A stretch of DNA of 64,000 nucleotides from the IMG/VR virus record IMGVR_UViG_2703718819_000006. One strand, written 5' to 3'. The DNA is from a virus. Taxonomy: Duplodnaviria > Heunggongvirae > Uroviricota > Caudoviricetes. The notes under the pieces are model-generated. The model had not been told where the DNA came from. It ran no database searches and was given only the letters and a program-made list of their open reading frames with translations. The position numbers and the translations under genes are program-made. Positions 27,801 through 36,325 of the stretch are shown one piece after another. The first letter of the stretch is position 1, and each line of letters begins with the position of its first letter.

Positions 27801-28356
27801 ATGGGGTAGGGTGCGGATAAACCACACTATAGAAGTTGTCTTTTCCACCCGCTGTAATCAGTGAGCTTATGATTTTTGCAAAATCGTTGCGTTGGAACAC
27901 GCTACCGATGTCGGAAGTGAGCAGGATGATGTTGCCTTTGGCATATGTAGAAACCAACTGTTCGAGCGAGAGACGCGGTACAAAGTAGAACTGTTCTCGT
28001 GTGTTGGCCACCGTCATTAGTTCGCAGATGTCGCGATATCCTTGCTCATTTTTAATTAGAGCGGTAAACGAGTAGTTACGTCCTCGCTCTAATGATTCCA
28101 TACATCCCTTAGACTCTTTAGCAATTTTAGCCCGGTACTCGTATGTGGGATCATCAACGATATTTAGTTTCACACCACAAATAACCGCCATGTCGTCACC
28201 AGCGGCACGTTGTAGTGGAATAACGCTCGCAATATTCATGCTATCTGCTGAAATTACAGCGGTGTAGCCAGCTTCTCTGGCAATCTTCACCGCGTTTTCT
28301 GCTTTTAGAGCCGACTCCCCAAGTGAGAAGTCAGTTCGAACCATCAGTGCCTTCAT
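24838..28356 (-). CDS. dnaE: DNA polymerase III alpha-like replicative polymerase (DnaE family)
   Basis: 1172 aa; core motif [27 protein letters not shown] matches DnaE (GPGRGSGAGSLVAY...) as recalled; N-terminal PHP-like region appears to lack the usual His cluster. Confidence 0.9.
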   Translation of the reverse strand: [1172 protein letters not shown]

Positions 28357-28534
28357 GTGTTTTTACCTTTCTGGTTTTTTTGATTTTGTCATTGGGGAAG
28401 CCTACGAACTTCCCATGCATCGAAATCGCAACTTCTTTTGCTGATTGGTGACAATCGGGCTTGTCTGGACACACCAGACAAGCCTTACCAGTTTCAGAAG
28501 CAGCGATAAGAGAGCCGAAACATCCTTTACGCAC
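28331..28534 (-). CDS. possible small Cys-rich (zinc-ribbon-like) protein
   Basis: 67-aa ORF with CLVCPDKPDCH; overlaps the polymerase start by 26 nt. Confidence 0.25.
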   Translation of the reverse strand: MRKGCFGSLIAASETGKACLVCPDKPDCHQSAKEVAISMHGKFVGFPNDKIKKTRKVKTHEGTDGSN

Positions 28535-28536
28535 GA

Positions 28537-29772
28537 TTAACCAAATATTTTTTGAACAACTTCACGAGCCGCTTGTGCAGAAGCTGAAGGGAGTTTGTTA
28601 ATGAAAGAACGCTCAATACCTGTCACAAAGTCGCCTCGCATCATTCCAATCTTGGCCGACAACAAAAGTTCACGAGGGCCAATTGGCTGACTAATAAGGT
28701 GTTCTTCGTATCCATCGCGAACGATACCGGCAAACTTAACCATCTTTTCAGCGTATTCATCCACGATGCCTGCATTTATCAACATGTTGATCTCTGCGTC
28801 TTTGCTCATGTATTTCACATTCGAAACGATGCCAAAACGCGAAAAGTTCGCGGCGTTCTGGATGTTTGTACCCTGGTACAAGCCGGTTTCATCACCAGAT
28901 CCGTTCGTGTTGCCAGTGCCAATGAAAGCAAACCGTTCATGCGGAGTAATGCGACGCCATTCTGGAGTCGCCTCTTTGATGACCAACGCTTCACCTTCCA
29001 GCACTGGCTGATACACGCCAAGAATCTGTGGAAACGCAAAGTCGTATTCATCCGCGAGGTAAACCCAGCCATGCTTCATTGCGAGCGCAAGCAAGCCAGG
29101 CTCGAAATACGTAGAGCCATCACGCGCCAGAATTTGCCCCGTAACATGTGCCTCTTCCATTGATGCTGTATGTTGGGCACGGATCAACGGACGATTGAGC
29201 AAAGCACATAGCTGTGTAGGCAATGACGATTTGCCTGTTCCTGCATGACCCCACAAATAGCCAGGTATGCCAAGTTCAAGCATCATGAAAATGTCTTTGA
29301 TCAGTTCGAAGTCGCCATATACGTATCCCTTCTTCACTTCTGGAACGAACTCTGGAAACGGCGTATTGACGTTGACGCTAACCATGAGCGGCGTCCCACG
29401 TTTTGTTCCGAGTTCTTTCACCGTTACATTTAGCAGTTCGTGAGCTGCGACCAGATCTGTCTTGTACTCAACTGTGCCTGTGTAGCCTGGGCTACTGGTC
29501 ACGCCAGATGATTTGGCCATTTCGCTTTTTTGCTCGGCACGTTTAGCTTGAATTGCATCAAGTGCCTTTTTCGATAGCGTTGGCTCATCTGGAAACTGTG
29601 TTGTGTACATTTTCAGTACGGTGTCAGGATCGGCATCTTTTACTGACTCAGGAATGCCCTCGCAATTACCATTGGCTACATGGGACTTAAAATAGTGAAA
29701 TGATTTTCCGCACCACTTGCAAACAAGGTAATCAGAAGGATTTTTTTCATTTTGCAGTGCAGTAGTAGTCAT
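28537..29772 (-). CDS. AAA+ ATPase (MoxR/CobS-like) with N-terminal zinc ribbon
   Basis: 411 aa; N-terminal CKWCGKS...NGNCEG; Walker A GHAGTGKSS; Walker B VYLADEYDF. Confidence 0.75.
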   Translation of the reverse strand: MTTTALQNEKNPSDYLVCKWCGKSFHYFKSHVANGNCEGIPESVKDADPDTVLKMYTTQFPDEPTLSKKALDAIQAKRAEQKSEMAKSSGVTSSPGYTGTVEYKTDLVAAHELLNVTVKELGTKRGTPLMVSVNVNTPFPEFVPEVKKGYVYGDFELIKDIFMMLELGIPGYLWGHAGTGKSSLPTQLCALLNRPLIRAQHTASMEEAHVTGQILARDGSTYFEPGLLALAMKHGWVYLADEYDFAFPQILGVYQPVLEGEALVIKEATPEWRRITPHERFAFIGTGNTNGSGDETGLYQGTNIQNAANFSRFGIVSNVKYMSKDAEINMLINAGIVDEYAEKMVKFAGIVRDGYEEHLISQPIGPRELLLSAKIGMMRGDFVTGIERSFINKLPSASAQAAREVVQKIFG

Positions 29773-29867
29773 GCGTTTTTCCTTTGTTTTCTAATGAGCG
29801 TTCAACTTCTTATATAAATATATCATTAACTATCGTAAGTGGTTACTTATCATTAAGGCTGTTTTAT

Positions 29868-31976
29868 TCACTTCAAAATGATACGAGATAGTTCAGTAAC
29901 TACAGATGAACCAAGACTATCAACGCTCGTTACCAGGGCATGATTTGAGTAAAATCTCTCCGGTGCGTCAGTCATGATGCCAATTGCCATCAAATCAATG
30001 TCAGTCTGCGTTTCAATTTGCTTCGCAACCGAACGCAAATGAGCGTCAAAACCTCTCCCAACAGCCAACGGCGCGCCATCACTCAGAACAAGCATGATCT
30101 TCCTGTCCTCCATGCGACCGGAAAATAACGATGCAAGGCTGGCTATGCTTTCACCATCCACGTTATTAAGAAGTGGGAATGTGTAGCCTACGCACCCCAT
30201 ACGTGAGCGAACTTCGCGAGAATTTACCTTTTCATTCCAATTTTTGATGATAGGTAGCATTAAAGATTCAAAGCGAGAGAACTCATACTTGACAGCCTTA
30301 AGTTCTCCTGCCGCCATATGACTACCAAATGTAGTGAAGCCGGTGATAATGTTGGGAACATTTATTCGATCAAGGGCATCGGCGATGGTATATGCACTTG
30401 CAAGAGCCAATTGTATCGTTATACCACTCATTGAACCTGATAAATCAATCACTTGTTGAACACAGGCGTTAACGGCTTTAGATTCTTCTTTTTTACGAAA
30501 CACGCGATCATCATTCATTGCTAATCTGTAGATACTAGAACCATGAATGCGCCCCCGACGCTGGCCCGGTATAAACTGAACTCTGTTTCTGCTTGCTATT
30601 GCTCGCTCCAGATCTTTTGCCAGCGTCGACGAAACACCTGACGAAAGATGCTTTTCAATATATTTGTCGAAGAGCTGGTTGCCTTCAGGAACGATGCGAT
30701 AGCGGCTGATTGGATATCCTCCTAAATCAATATCGGAGAATGTTTTAATAAGCCGTTTGATATGGGCTTCTGCCTGATCAATCGAGCCGATGAAGTCGTA
30801 TGAGCGATTGTATGGTCTGTATTCGCTTTTCGAGCTTTCTGTTAACTCGCTTTTAATCGTTTCGGATAGCGCATCTTCTGTCATGCCTCCGACTTCATCT
30901 TCCATGCTATCCAACTCCTCTAAAGCCTCTTCCAGACTCATTTTTGACGGAGTTGGAATGTCTGAAGAGCCGTCTTCTGTCGATTTTCTTTTTTCGTGGT
31001 CAGTGGTAAATGATTCTGACGCCGCGTTATCAGAAGCACCAGAATCTGATACCTCTTTATCATTTTCTGTATCATCGAATATTGTTTCTGATGATTCAGA
31101 ATTATCTGAATCATCACTGTCGTTATTATCATGTTTGTGCTTACTGTGTGATTCTGATTTGATAGATTTGTGATTATCTACCGCTGAGGGTGTCTCATGA
31201 TCTTCGTTGTCTTCATTGTTTTCTCCAGAGGCATCCGTCTGGTCAGCGTCTGAAGGATCGGAAGTTTTTCCCGGAGCTGACTCCTTACCTTTGCTTTCAC
31301 TTTCAGTGTCTTTGAGGATCTTAGCTATGGTCGCAGCCACCTTTACACAATCCTCGGTGCAAGACATGTTACGCACGGCCACATCGATACCATGTTCTTT
31401 TAATAATGAAATTGGTTTCTCAATGACAGGCCAATATTCATCCATGAAATCTACGAACGGTGCTTGGCCATCCCAGGCTCTTACAACCGGACAGAGAAAG
31501 AAGTTTAGAAAAAGCGCGCGCTGATCTTTGCCACAATAAGCAATAGCCTCTGAAGCCTTTGGTTTAAAGACTTTTTCGATTATAAGGCGCTGAGTTGCCA
31601 TCAGATTACGTCTTGTTCCGTTAAAGACCTGACCCATTTTTCGCTCGATGAACACGTCTTCTAAGGCATTCCATAGCGACCAGGAAGGAACGCGTCCCTT
31701 TTCTCTCATTTTGTTGGACACACGAATATCGGTAAACAAAATGTGAGCAACCTCATGATCGAGAAATCCGCGCACAGCATTCATCAATGCCGGTGTTGCG
31801 TTATCCGGGATTGATGGGATGTTTACGAGAATTGGCTCTCCATCATCGTTATAGCGTACATAAGCGTCGTCCCCTCGTTCTGCAACAGGGATGTTTTTAC
31901 CTGAAAGGAGAGCGACTACTCGTTTTACACTGTCACGGAAGTCCTGAACCTCTTTGATGGAACGTTTTTTAGACAT
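29868..31976 (-). CDS. vWA-domain protein (CobT-like) with long acidic Ser/Asp/Glu-rich disordered region
   Basis: 702 aa; MIDAS-type DLSGSMSG and LVLSDGAP motifs in the C-terminal half; central region about 150 aa rich in D/E/S. Confidence 0.7.
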   Translation of the reverse strand: MSKKRSIKEVQDFRDSVKRVVALLSGKNIPVAERGDDAYVRYNDDGEPILVNIPSIPDNATPALMNAVRGFLDHEVAHILFTDIRVSNKMREKGRVPSWSLWNALEDVFIERKMGQVFNGTRRNLMATQRLIIEKVFKPKASEAIAYCGKDQRALFLNFFLCPVVRAWDGQAPFVDFMDEYWPVIEKPISLLKEHGIDVAVRNMSCTEDCVKVAATIAKILKDTESESKGKESAPGKTSDPSDADQTDASGENNEDNEDHETPSAVDNHKSIKSESHSKHKHDNNDSDDSDNSESSETIFDDTENDKEVSDSGASDNAASESFTTDHEKRKSTEDGSSDIPTPSKMSLEEALEELDSMEDEVGGMTEDALSETIKSELTESSKSEYRPYNRSYDFIGSIDQAEAHIKRLIKTFSDIDLGGYPISRYRIVPEGNQLFDKYIEKHLSSGVSSTLAKDLERAIASRNRVQFIPGQRRGRIHGSSIYRLAMNDDRVFRKKEESKAVNACVQQVIDLSGSMSGITIQLALASAYTIADALDRINVPNIITGFTTFGSHMAAGELKAVKYEFSRFESLMLPIIKNWNEKVNSREVRSRMGCVGYTFPLLNNVDGESIASLASLFSGRMEDRKIMLVLSDGAPLAVGRGFDAHLRSVAKQIETQTDIDLMAIGIMTDAPERFYSNHALVTSVDSLGSSVVTELSRIILK

Positions 31977-32074
31977 GGCTAATCCTTTGTTATGAAAACA
32001 AATTATTTACTAGTGTGTTTAATGTAGCACTGCGCGAACAGGGAACTAAGCCATTCGCGCAGGGAGAAGAGGGG

Positions 32075-32287
32075 TTAACAGATTCTGACGGCTAAAGACC
32101 CGGAGCCGATATTGAGAAGCGTGAAGCGTTTGTTGTTAAGTTCGAATATAAAGCCAGTTGTGTCATTCACACCAATCTGAATCTGCTCATTCGGTAGATC
32201 GGTGAGGATGTCAGCTACACACTCATCAGCTAATTTCTGTACGTGTCCGATCTCAAGAGCGATTAGGCTGGAAATAGTGGTGTTCAT
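32075..32287 (-). CDS. hypothetical protein
   Basis: 70-aa ORF, divergent from the XRE-like gene. Confidence 0.35.
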   Translation of the reverse strand: MNTTISSLIALEIGHVQKLADECVADILTDLPNEQIQIGVNDTTGFIFELNNKRFTLLNIGSGSLAVRIC

Positions 32288-32538
32288 TCAATCAATCCAT
32301 TCTAACTTATACTATGGTAAGGAATACTACTAAAATTTATATCAATACTGAATACATTCATATCATATGCAAGTTAATTTTCTTACCTGTTTTGGGCTAA
32401 TTTTTCTCCGTGCAATGGCCTTTAACCGGTCTTTTAAGTGCCTATCGAAAAAAATGATAATAGCTTTACAACCCTAACCTTTGATGTAATATCGGTAAGC
32501 ACTTACCAGAGAGAATTGAACGCGCAAAGGTTGTAACC

Positions 32539-32925
32539 ATGTCTGATAACAAGATTGAATTTATAGAAAGTCGCTATGCTGCTTTTATCGCAGGGCTGAT
32601 TGAATCCTCACCTATGAGTCAGGCCCAAATAGCCAGACTTATTGGTTATAAAAATGCCAACAACCTTTCTTTAATTAAAAGTGGCAAAATTCCTTTGCCT
32701 ATCGATAAGGTTCGTCCGTTGGCGCTGGCGCTGGGTATTGAGCCAAGTCGTCTTATGATGATGGTGCTGGAAGAACGCCAACCTGAACTCGCAGCATTTT
32801 TATACAAAGAAGGCACCGCTCCTCTTAACGAGGACGAAAAACAGGTTCTTGCTGCATATAACGAGCGATTCGGTAAAGAGAAAGGCGCATCACAAAAGGT
32901 TGTTGAGGCTATAAAGTCTCTATGA
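32539..32925 (+). CDS. XRE-family helix-turn-helix transcriptional regulator
   Basis: 128-aa plus-strand ORF; MSQAQIARLIGYKNANNLSLIKSGK resembles an HTH_XRE helix-turn-helix. Confidence 0.6.
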   Translation: MSDNKIEFIESRYAAFIAGLIESSPMSQAQIARLIGYKNANNLSLIKSGKIPLPIDKVRPLALALGIEPSRLMMMVLEERQPELAAFLYKEGTAPLNEDEKQVLAAYNERFGKEKGASQKVVEAIKSL

Positions 32926-34023
32926 AAAATTTACACGAATAAGCTCTGTTGATAGACGATCTCCCTTGAATTTGTGGTCAATTTCGTCTAAATCCGGTTG
33001 CTCTACGATTGATGCGATGTACGTCGAGAAACTTTCTAAGGCGTCTCGCATCTCGTCCATATAATCGTGCCGGTCGTAGACTCGATCTATCCCCTCAAGA
33101 CTGTGGTTCATGATTTTGCGTGATACCTCCTGGCTTATGCCTAATGCTGGGAAGTAACTACGCGCAGTACGGCGCAAGTCTCGGGGTGTAAATGGCTCAA
33201 GCTCCATCAGTTCTGGTCGTTCCAGAATACGACGTAATGCCTGGGCTATTGCCACTTTAGACATAGGAAGGTCTTTCCCGATTTTTTTATTCGAAGGCAC
33301 GAGCCACTGGCTGCCTTTACCGTATTCGAACAACTCTTCAATACATGTGCGCATTAATGTGCTTAAAGGCAGCGAATGCTCACGGGCAGATTTGTTCCTC
33401 TTGCCTTGATTCCAAACCCCATGCTTAAGATTGAACTCACTTTTTTTAGCCCGCAGTACTTCGTCAGGTCGTCTTGCGGATACAAGACACAGCCTGGCCG
33501 CCCATTTTGTACCAGCGCACACATTGAAGTAGTCCCATATATTCCAGAACACCCATACCTCTGCGTCGGTCAGCTTCCGCTCGCGAGGTGTTGGCTTTGC
33601 GCCACCGGCAACTTTGTTAAGTGACATATCGTTTAACGGTGACACGTCTATCATCCCCTGGAAGGCGCACCAGCTAAGGAACTGCTTCATCAGAGAGAAA
33701 ACGCGGCGGCCCATAACAATTTTGCCATCCAGTATTAGTGGGTTGACCAGTTGGTTCACCATGAACCTATTAATGTCACTTACTTTTACATCGGCAATGT
33801 GCGGCAAAACATGTATCAAAATACAATGAACAGCGATCTCTGGCCGACGTCTTGTTATCAGCAAAGATAAGCGAGTGAATAACATGAATGCGTCCGAGAA
33901 TCTCATGTCATTGCTGACCTGGGAGATCATAACGGCCTGCATTTGAGATGCTCTTTCGAGATACTCAATCGCCTCTTTTGAGGTGTTCTCCGCAGCGCGT
34001 GCTCTGTCAAAGCTATTTTTCAT
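32920..34023 (-). CDS. int: tyrosine recombinase (phage integrase family)
   Basis: 367 aa; box I-like LVSARRPDEV, box II-like FTPRDLRRTARS, C-terminal NHSLEGIDRVYDRHDY with candidate catalytic Tyr. Confidence 0.7.
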   Translation of the reverse strand: MKNSFDRARAAENTSKEAIEYLERASQMQAVMISQVSNDMRFSDAFMLFTRLSLLITRRRPEIAVHCILIHVLPHIADVKVSDINRFMVNQLVNPLILDGKIVMGRRVFSLMKQFLSWCAFQGMIDVSPLNDMSLNKVAGGAKPTPRERKLTDAEVWVFWNIWDYFNVCAGTKWAARLCLVSARRPDEVLRAKKSEFNLKHGVWNQGKRNKSAREHSLPLSTLMRTCIEELFEYGKGSQWLVPSNKKIGKDLPMSKVAIAQALRRILERPELMELEPFTPRDLRRTARSYFPALGISQEVSRKIMNHSLEGIDRVYDRHDYMDEMRDALESFSTYIASIVEQPDLDEIDHKFKGDRLSTELIRVNFS

Positions 34024-34182
34024 ATGACAATCACCGAGTTACGCCGATGCACTGTATAAGTAAACAGTATATTAGGCATAGATTCTTATAGGATCAAGAG
34101 TCAAAGTAACTCATTTTTAGTAATGATTCCATACATAGTAGGTATGGAATCATTTTAGGTCTAAAATTTAAATCTGTAATAT

Positions 34183-34368
34183 CTATAGAGAGGAATTGCA
34201 CGAAAACCGATAACCCTTTATAGCGAGGATTATTGGTTTATTTTTGTTATGGCGTCGTTGTTCCGCCGGGATTATCAAGTTCGATTTTGAGATTTTGATC
34301 AGAGCGTTGGCCCTGTGGGACACTGAAGCTATTACTTTTGGATCAGGAGGCGTGAAACTTTTCTGCAA
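34183..34368 (-). CDS. possible small protein
   Basis: 61-aa ORF overlapping the end of 34343..34759; weak. Confidence 0.2.
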   Translation of the reverse strand: MQKSFTPPDPKVIASVSHRANALIKISKSNLIIPAEQRRHNKNKPIILAIKGYRFSCNSSL

Positions 34369-34759
34369 CGTCTGAAAAAAACTTTAGCAACCTAGTATCT
34401 CTAGCAGACATGCGATCGTGAGCTGGAGTGACTAAACCCATCAGCAAATAACGGCCGCTCTCCCACATATGCTCGGTATAGATGAGATAGTGATCTGAGG
34501 TTCGATTGTAGTTTTCTTGCCTTGCAGTCCAAGTTAACTGGTAATGCAAATTTACATGAATATGTTGGACGTTAGCGTCAACGGCAAACGGAGGAAAGTC
34601 GAATGGCGCATCCCTACCGAGAAGGTTGGACGGCTTACCCGTGGATTTGTAGGTAATGAACTCAGTTTTGAGCTGACTTTCCAGATCAGGATAAACGACA
34701 AACGTGGGTTGAAAAAAATCAACCCACGTATCTTGACTGTATTCAGCCGTCAATGCCAT
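34343..34759 (-). CDS. hypothetical protein
   Basis: 138-aa ORF, start overlapped by the upstream gene (10 nt). Confidence 0.5.
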   Translation of the reverse strand: MALTAEYSQDTWVDFFQPTFVVYPDLESQLKTEFITYKSTGKPSNLLGRDAPFDFPPFAVDANVQHIHVNLHYQLTWTARQENYNRTSDHYLIYTEHMWESGRYLLMGLVTPAHDRMSARDTRLLKFFSDVAEKFHAS

Positions 34760-35298
34760 TTAGCCGCAGCCTTGTTGCCAGTCATCAATAGATGGTTCAT
34801 GGCAGAAAGGTTCACGCCAGACTCACGCACACAAGAGGTGCGAGTAATCTGATCAATCAGATTTAGATAATTTTTGGCGGCAATACTGACCATTTTAATA
34901 GCTTTAAAGAAGGCAAACTCTACAGCGTTTTTGTCGTAAGACAAAATGACGTCTTTTTCAGGTAACATCAAAACGAAAGATTCTGCGATACCGGCTACAT
35001 GAATAGTTTGATTCTTAATTTCTTCCGCTACATTGATAGCAGCAAAGAAGTCAGTATCAGCATAACGAGCAAGTTCAGCGCGGCTTGCGCGAAGTTCTGT
35101 CGCTAGCTCATTAAGGGCTGCTGTAAGATCACTGATGTCGGTTTTATTGACTCTAGCGCCCATCTCATAAACCCGCTCTACAATAGTAGGCTGACACGCA
35201 ACCGCTTTTGGTTGCGGCTGGATACTGGCAAGAACCAGTGCCACTGCTGCCTGTAAATGCTGGATTTTAAATTTCACGATAGACTCCATTGTCGTCAT
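34750..35298 (-). CDS. hypothetical protein
   Basis: 182-aa ORF, first gene of a two-gene overlapping pair. Confidence 0.5.
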   Translation of the reverse strand: MTTMESIVKFKIQHLQAAVALVLASIQPQPKAVACQPTIVERVYEMGARVNKTDISDLTAALNELATELRASRAELARYADTDFFAAINVAEEIKNQTIHVAGIAESFVLMLPEKDVILSYDKNAVEFAFFKAIKMVSIAAKNYLNLIDQITRTSCVRESGVNLSAMNHLLMTGNKAAAKWH

Positions 35299-35390
35299 TT
35301 CTCGACGAGGCGTAGCATTCTACTACTGAATCTAACTATAAGCTAAAAAAACTTGGTTGCATATGCGACTTAGACTGCAAAACACGAAAT

Positions 35391-35421
35391 GAAAAATTAA
35401 AGGCCGCTTTCACGGCCCTTT
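35391..35421 (-). terminator. rho-independent terminator after glutaredoxin gene
   Basis: Stem AAAGGCCG/CGGCCCTTT, followed on the minus strand by a T-rich run. Confidence 0.55.
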
Positions 35422-35425
35422 AAAG

Positions 35426-35671
35426 TCAAAGTGTGCTGACATGTGCTGCCAGTTCTGTGTATCCGCCAATCGGTTGACCATCGATCAGCACTTGGGGGAT
35501 AGTCTCTACCGGTTTACCAACAATTTCACTTAGTTTTTTCTTGTCGATACCGGCAGTGGTGATGTCTATGTACTCATAATCACCGTAGCCATGTCCCTTT
35601 AGTTGCTTCGCCAGCTCGACCGCACGTTTGCAGTATGAGCAGTTATCTCGTCCGTAGATAGTGATCGTCAT
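35426..35671 (-). CDS. grxA: glutaredoxin
   Basis: 81 aa; MTITIYGRDNCSYCKRA (CxxC active site) and VETIPQVLIDGQPIGGYTELAAHV parallel E. coli Grx1 as recalled. Confidence 0.85.
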   Translation of the reverse strand: MTITIYGRDNCSYCKRAVELAKQLKGHGYGDYEYIDITTAGIDKKKLSEIVGKPVETIPQVLIDGQPIGGYTELAAHVSTL

Positions 35672-36018
35672 TGCTTTGCCTCATGCCACTTTTGCTTCAG
35701 GAGATAGCCTTCCAGGGGCCAGATTTGATCGATAGCATCTTTTCGAGCGTACTCGCGACCAACATCAAAGTTGAAGATTTCTGGTCTTACGCACGCAGAT
35801 TTTCCCGTTACGGTATATCCATTTTTGAGAACCATAACGCAGAACGTTAAGAGTTTTAACGACTCATGACCTTTGTCGATATCTGTTTTTGAATTGTAAA
35901 CAGAGATGAAGTTATCCCCGTGGCTGGCATCATATGCAGTGAAATAATGTTCACTTTGAATGAGTTGTTCAATGTGTTCAGGGGTGACTTTTAGTGGTGT
36001 GTTCTCTTTGCTGGTCAT
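35668..36018 (-). CDS. hypothetical protein
   Basis: 116-aa ORF overlapping the glutaredoxin start by 4 nt. Confidence 0.5.
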   Translation of the reverse strand: MTSKENTPLKVTPEHIEQLIQSEHYFTAYDASHGDNFISVYNSKTDIDKGHESLKLLTFCVMVLKNGYTVTGKSACVRPEIFNFDVGREYARKDAIDQIWPLEGYLLKQKWHEAKQ

Positions 36019-36060
36019 TATTTCTTCCTACAAAGTTCGTAGACTTGACTCTTTCAGTTG

Positions 36061-36083
36061 CAAAAAAGGGGCCGAAGCCCCTT
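36061..36083 (-). terminator. rho-independent terminator downstream of tRNA cluster
   Basis: Stem AAGGGGC/GCCCCTT with CGAA loop, flanked by A-run and T-run (bidirectional-looking). Confidence 0.6.
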
Positions 36084-36159
36084 TGAATTTTGCGCTGAAA
36101 AAAGTGTTGCTAGGATGTTAGCAAGCTATGGTTAAGAACGTCTGCCGTAATTGTCTATC

Positions 36160-36235
36160 ACAGCGTTGAGCGGTCTGGTTTATGTTAGCGGAGTCTTAAT
36201 CTGGGTGATTAAAAGGCCAAACCGCTCAACGCTGT
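36160..36235. other. long hairpin (about 19-bp near-perfect inverted repeat, about 36-nt loop) 3' of tRNA-Ser
   Basis: CACAGCGTTGAGCGGTCTGG ... CCAAACCGCTCAACGCTGTG. Confidence 0.5.
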
Positions 36236-36238
36236 GTC

Positions 36239-36325
36239 TGGCGGAGAGTAATGGAATCGAACCATCATCGCTTGCGCAATGGGACGGTTTTCAAGACCGC
36301 TTGAGCACCATGCTCCCTACTCTCC
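36239..36325 (-). tRNA. tRNA-Ser (anticodon UGA), type II with long variable arm
   Basis: Hand-folded: acceptor GGAGAGT/ACTCTCC, anticodon loop CTTGAAA, T-arm GATGG-TTCGATT-CCATT, encoded CCA. Confidence 0.75.
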
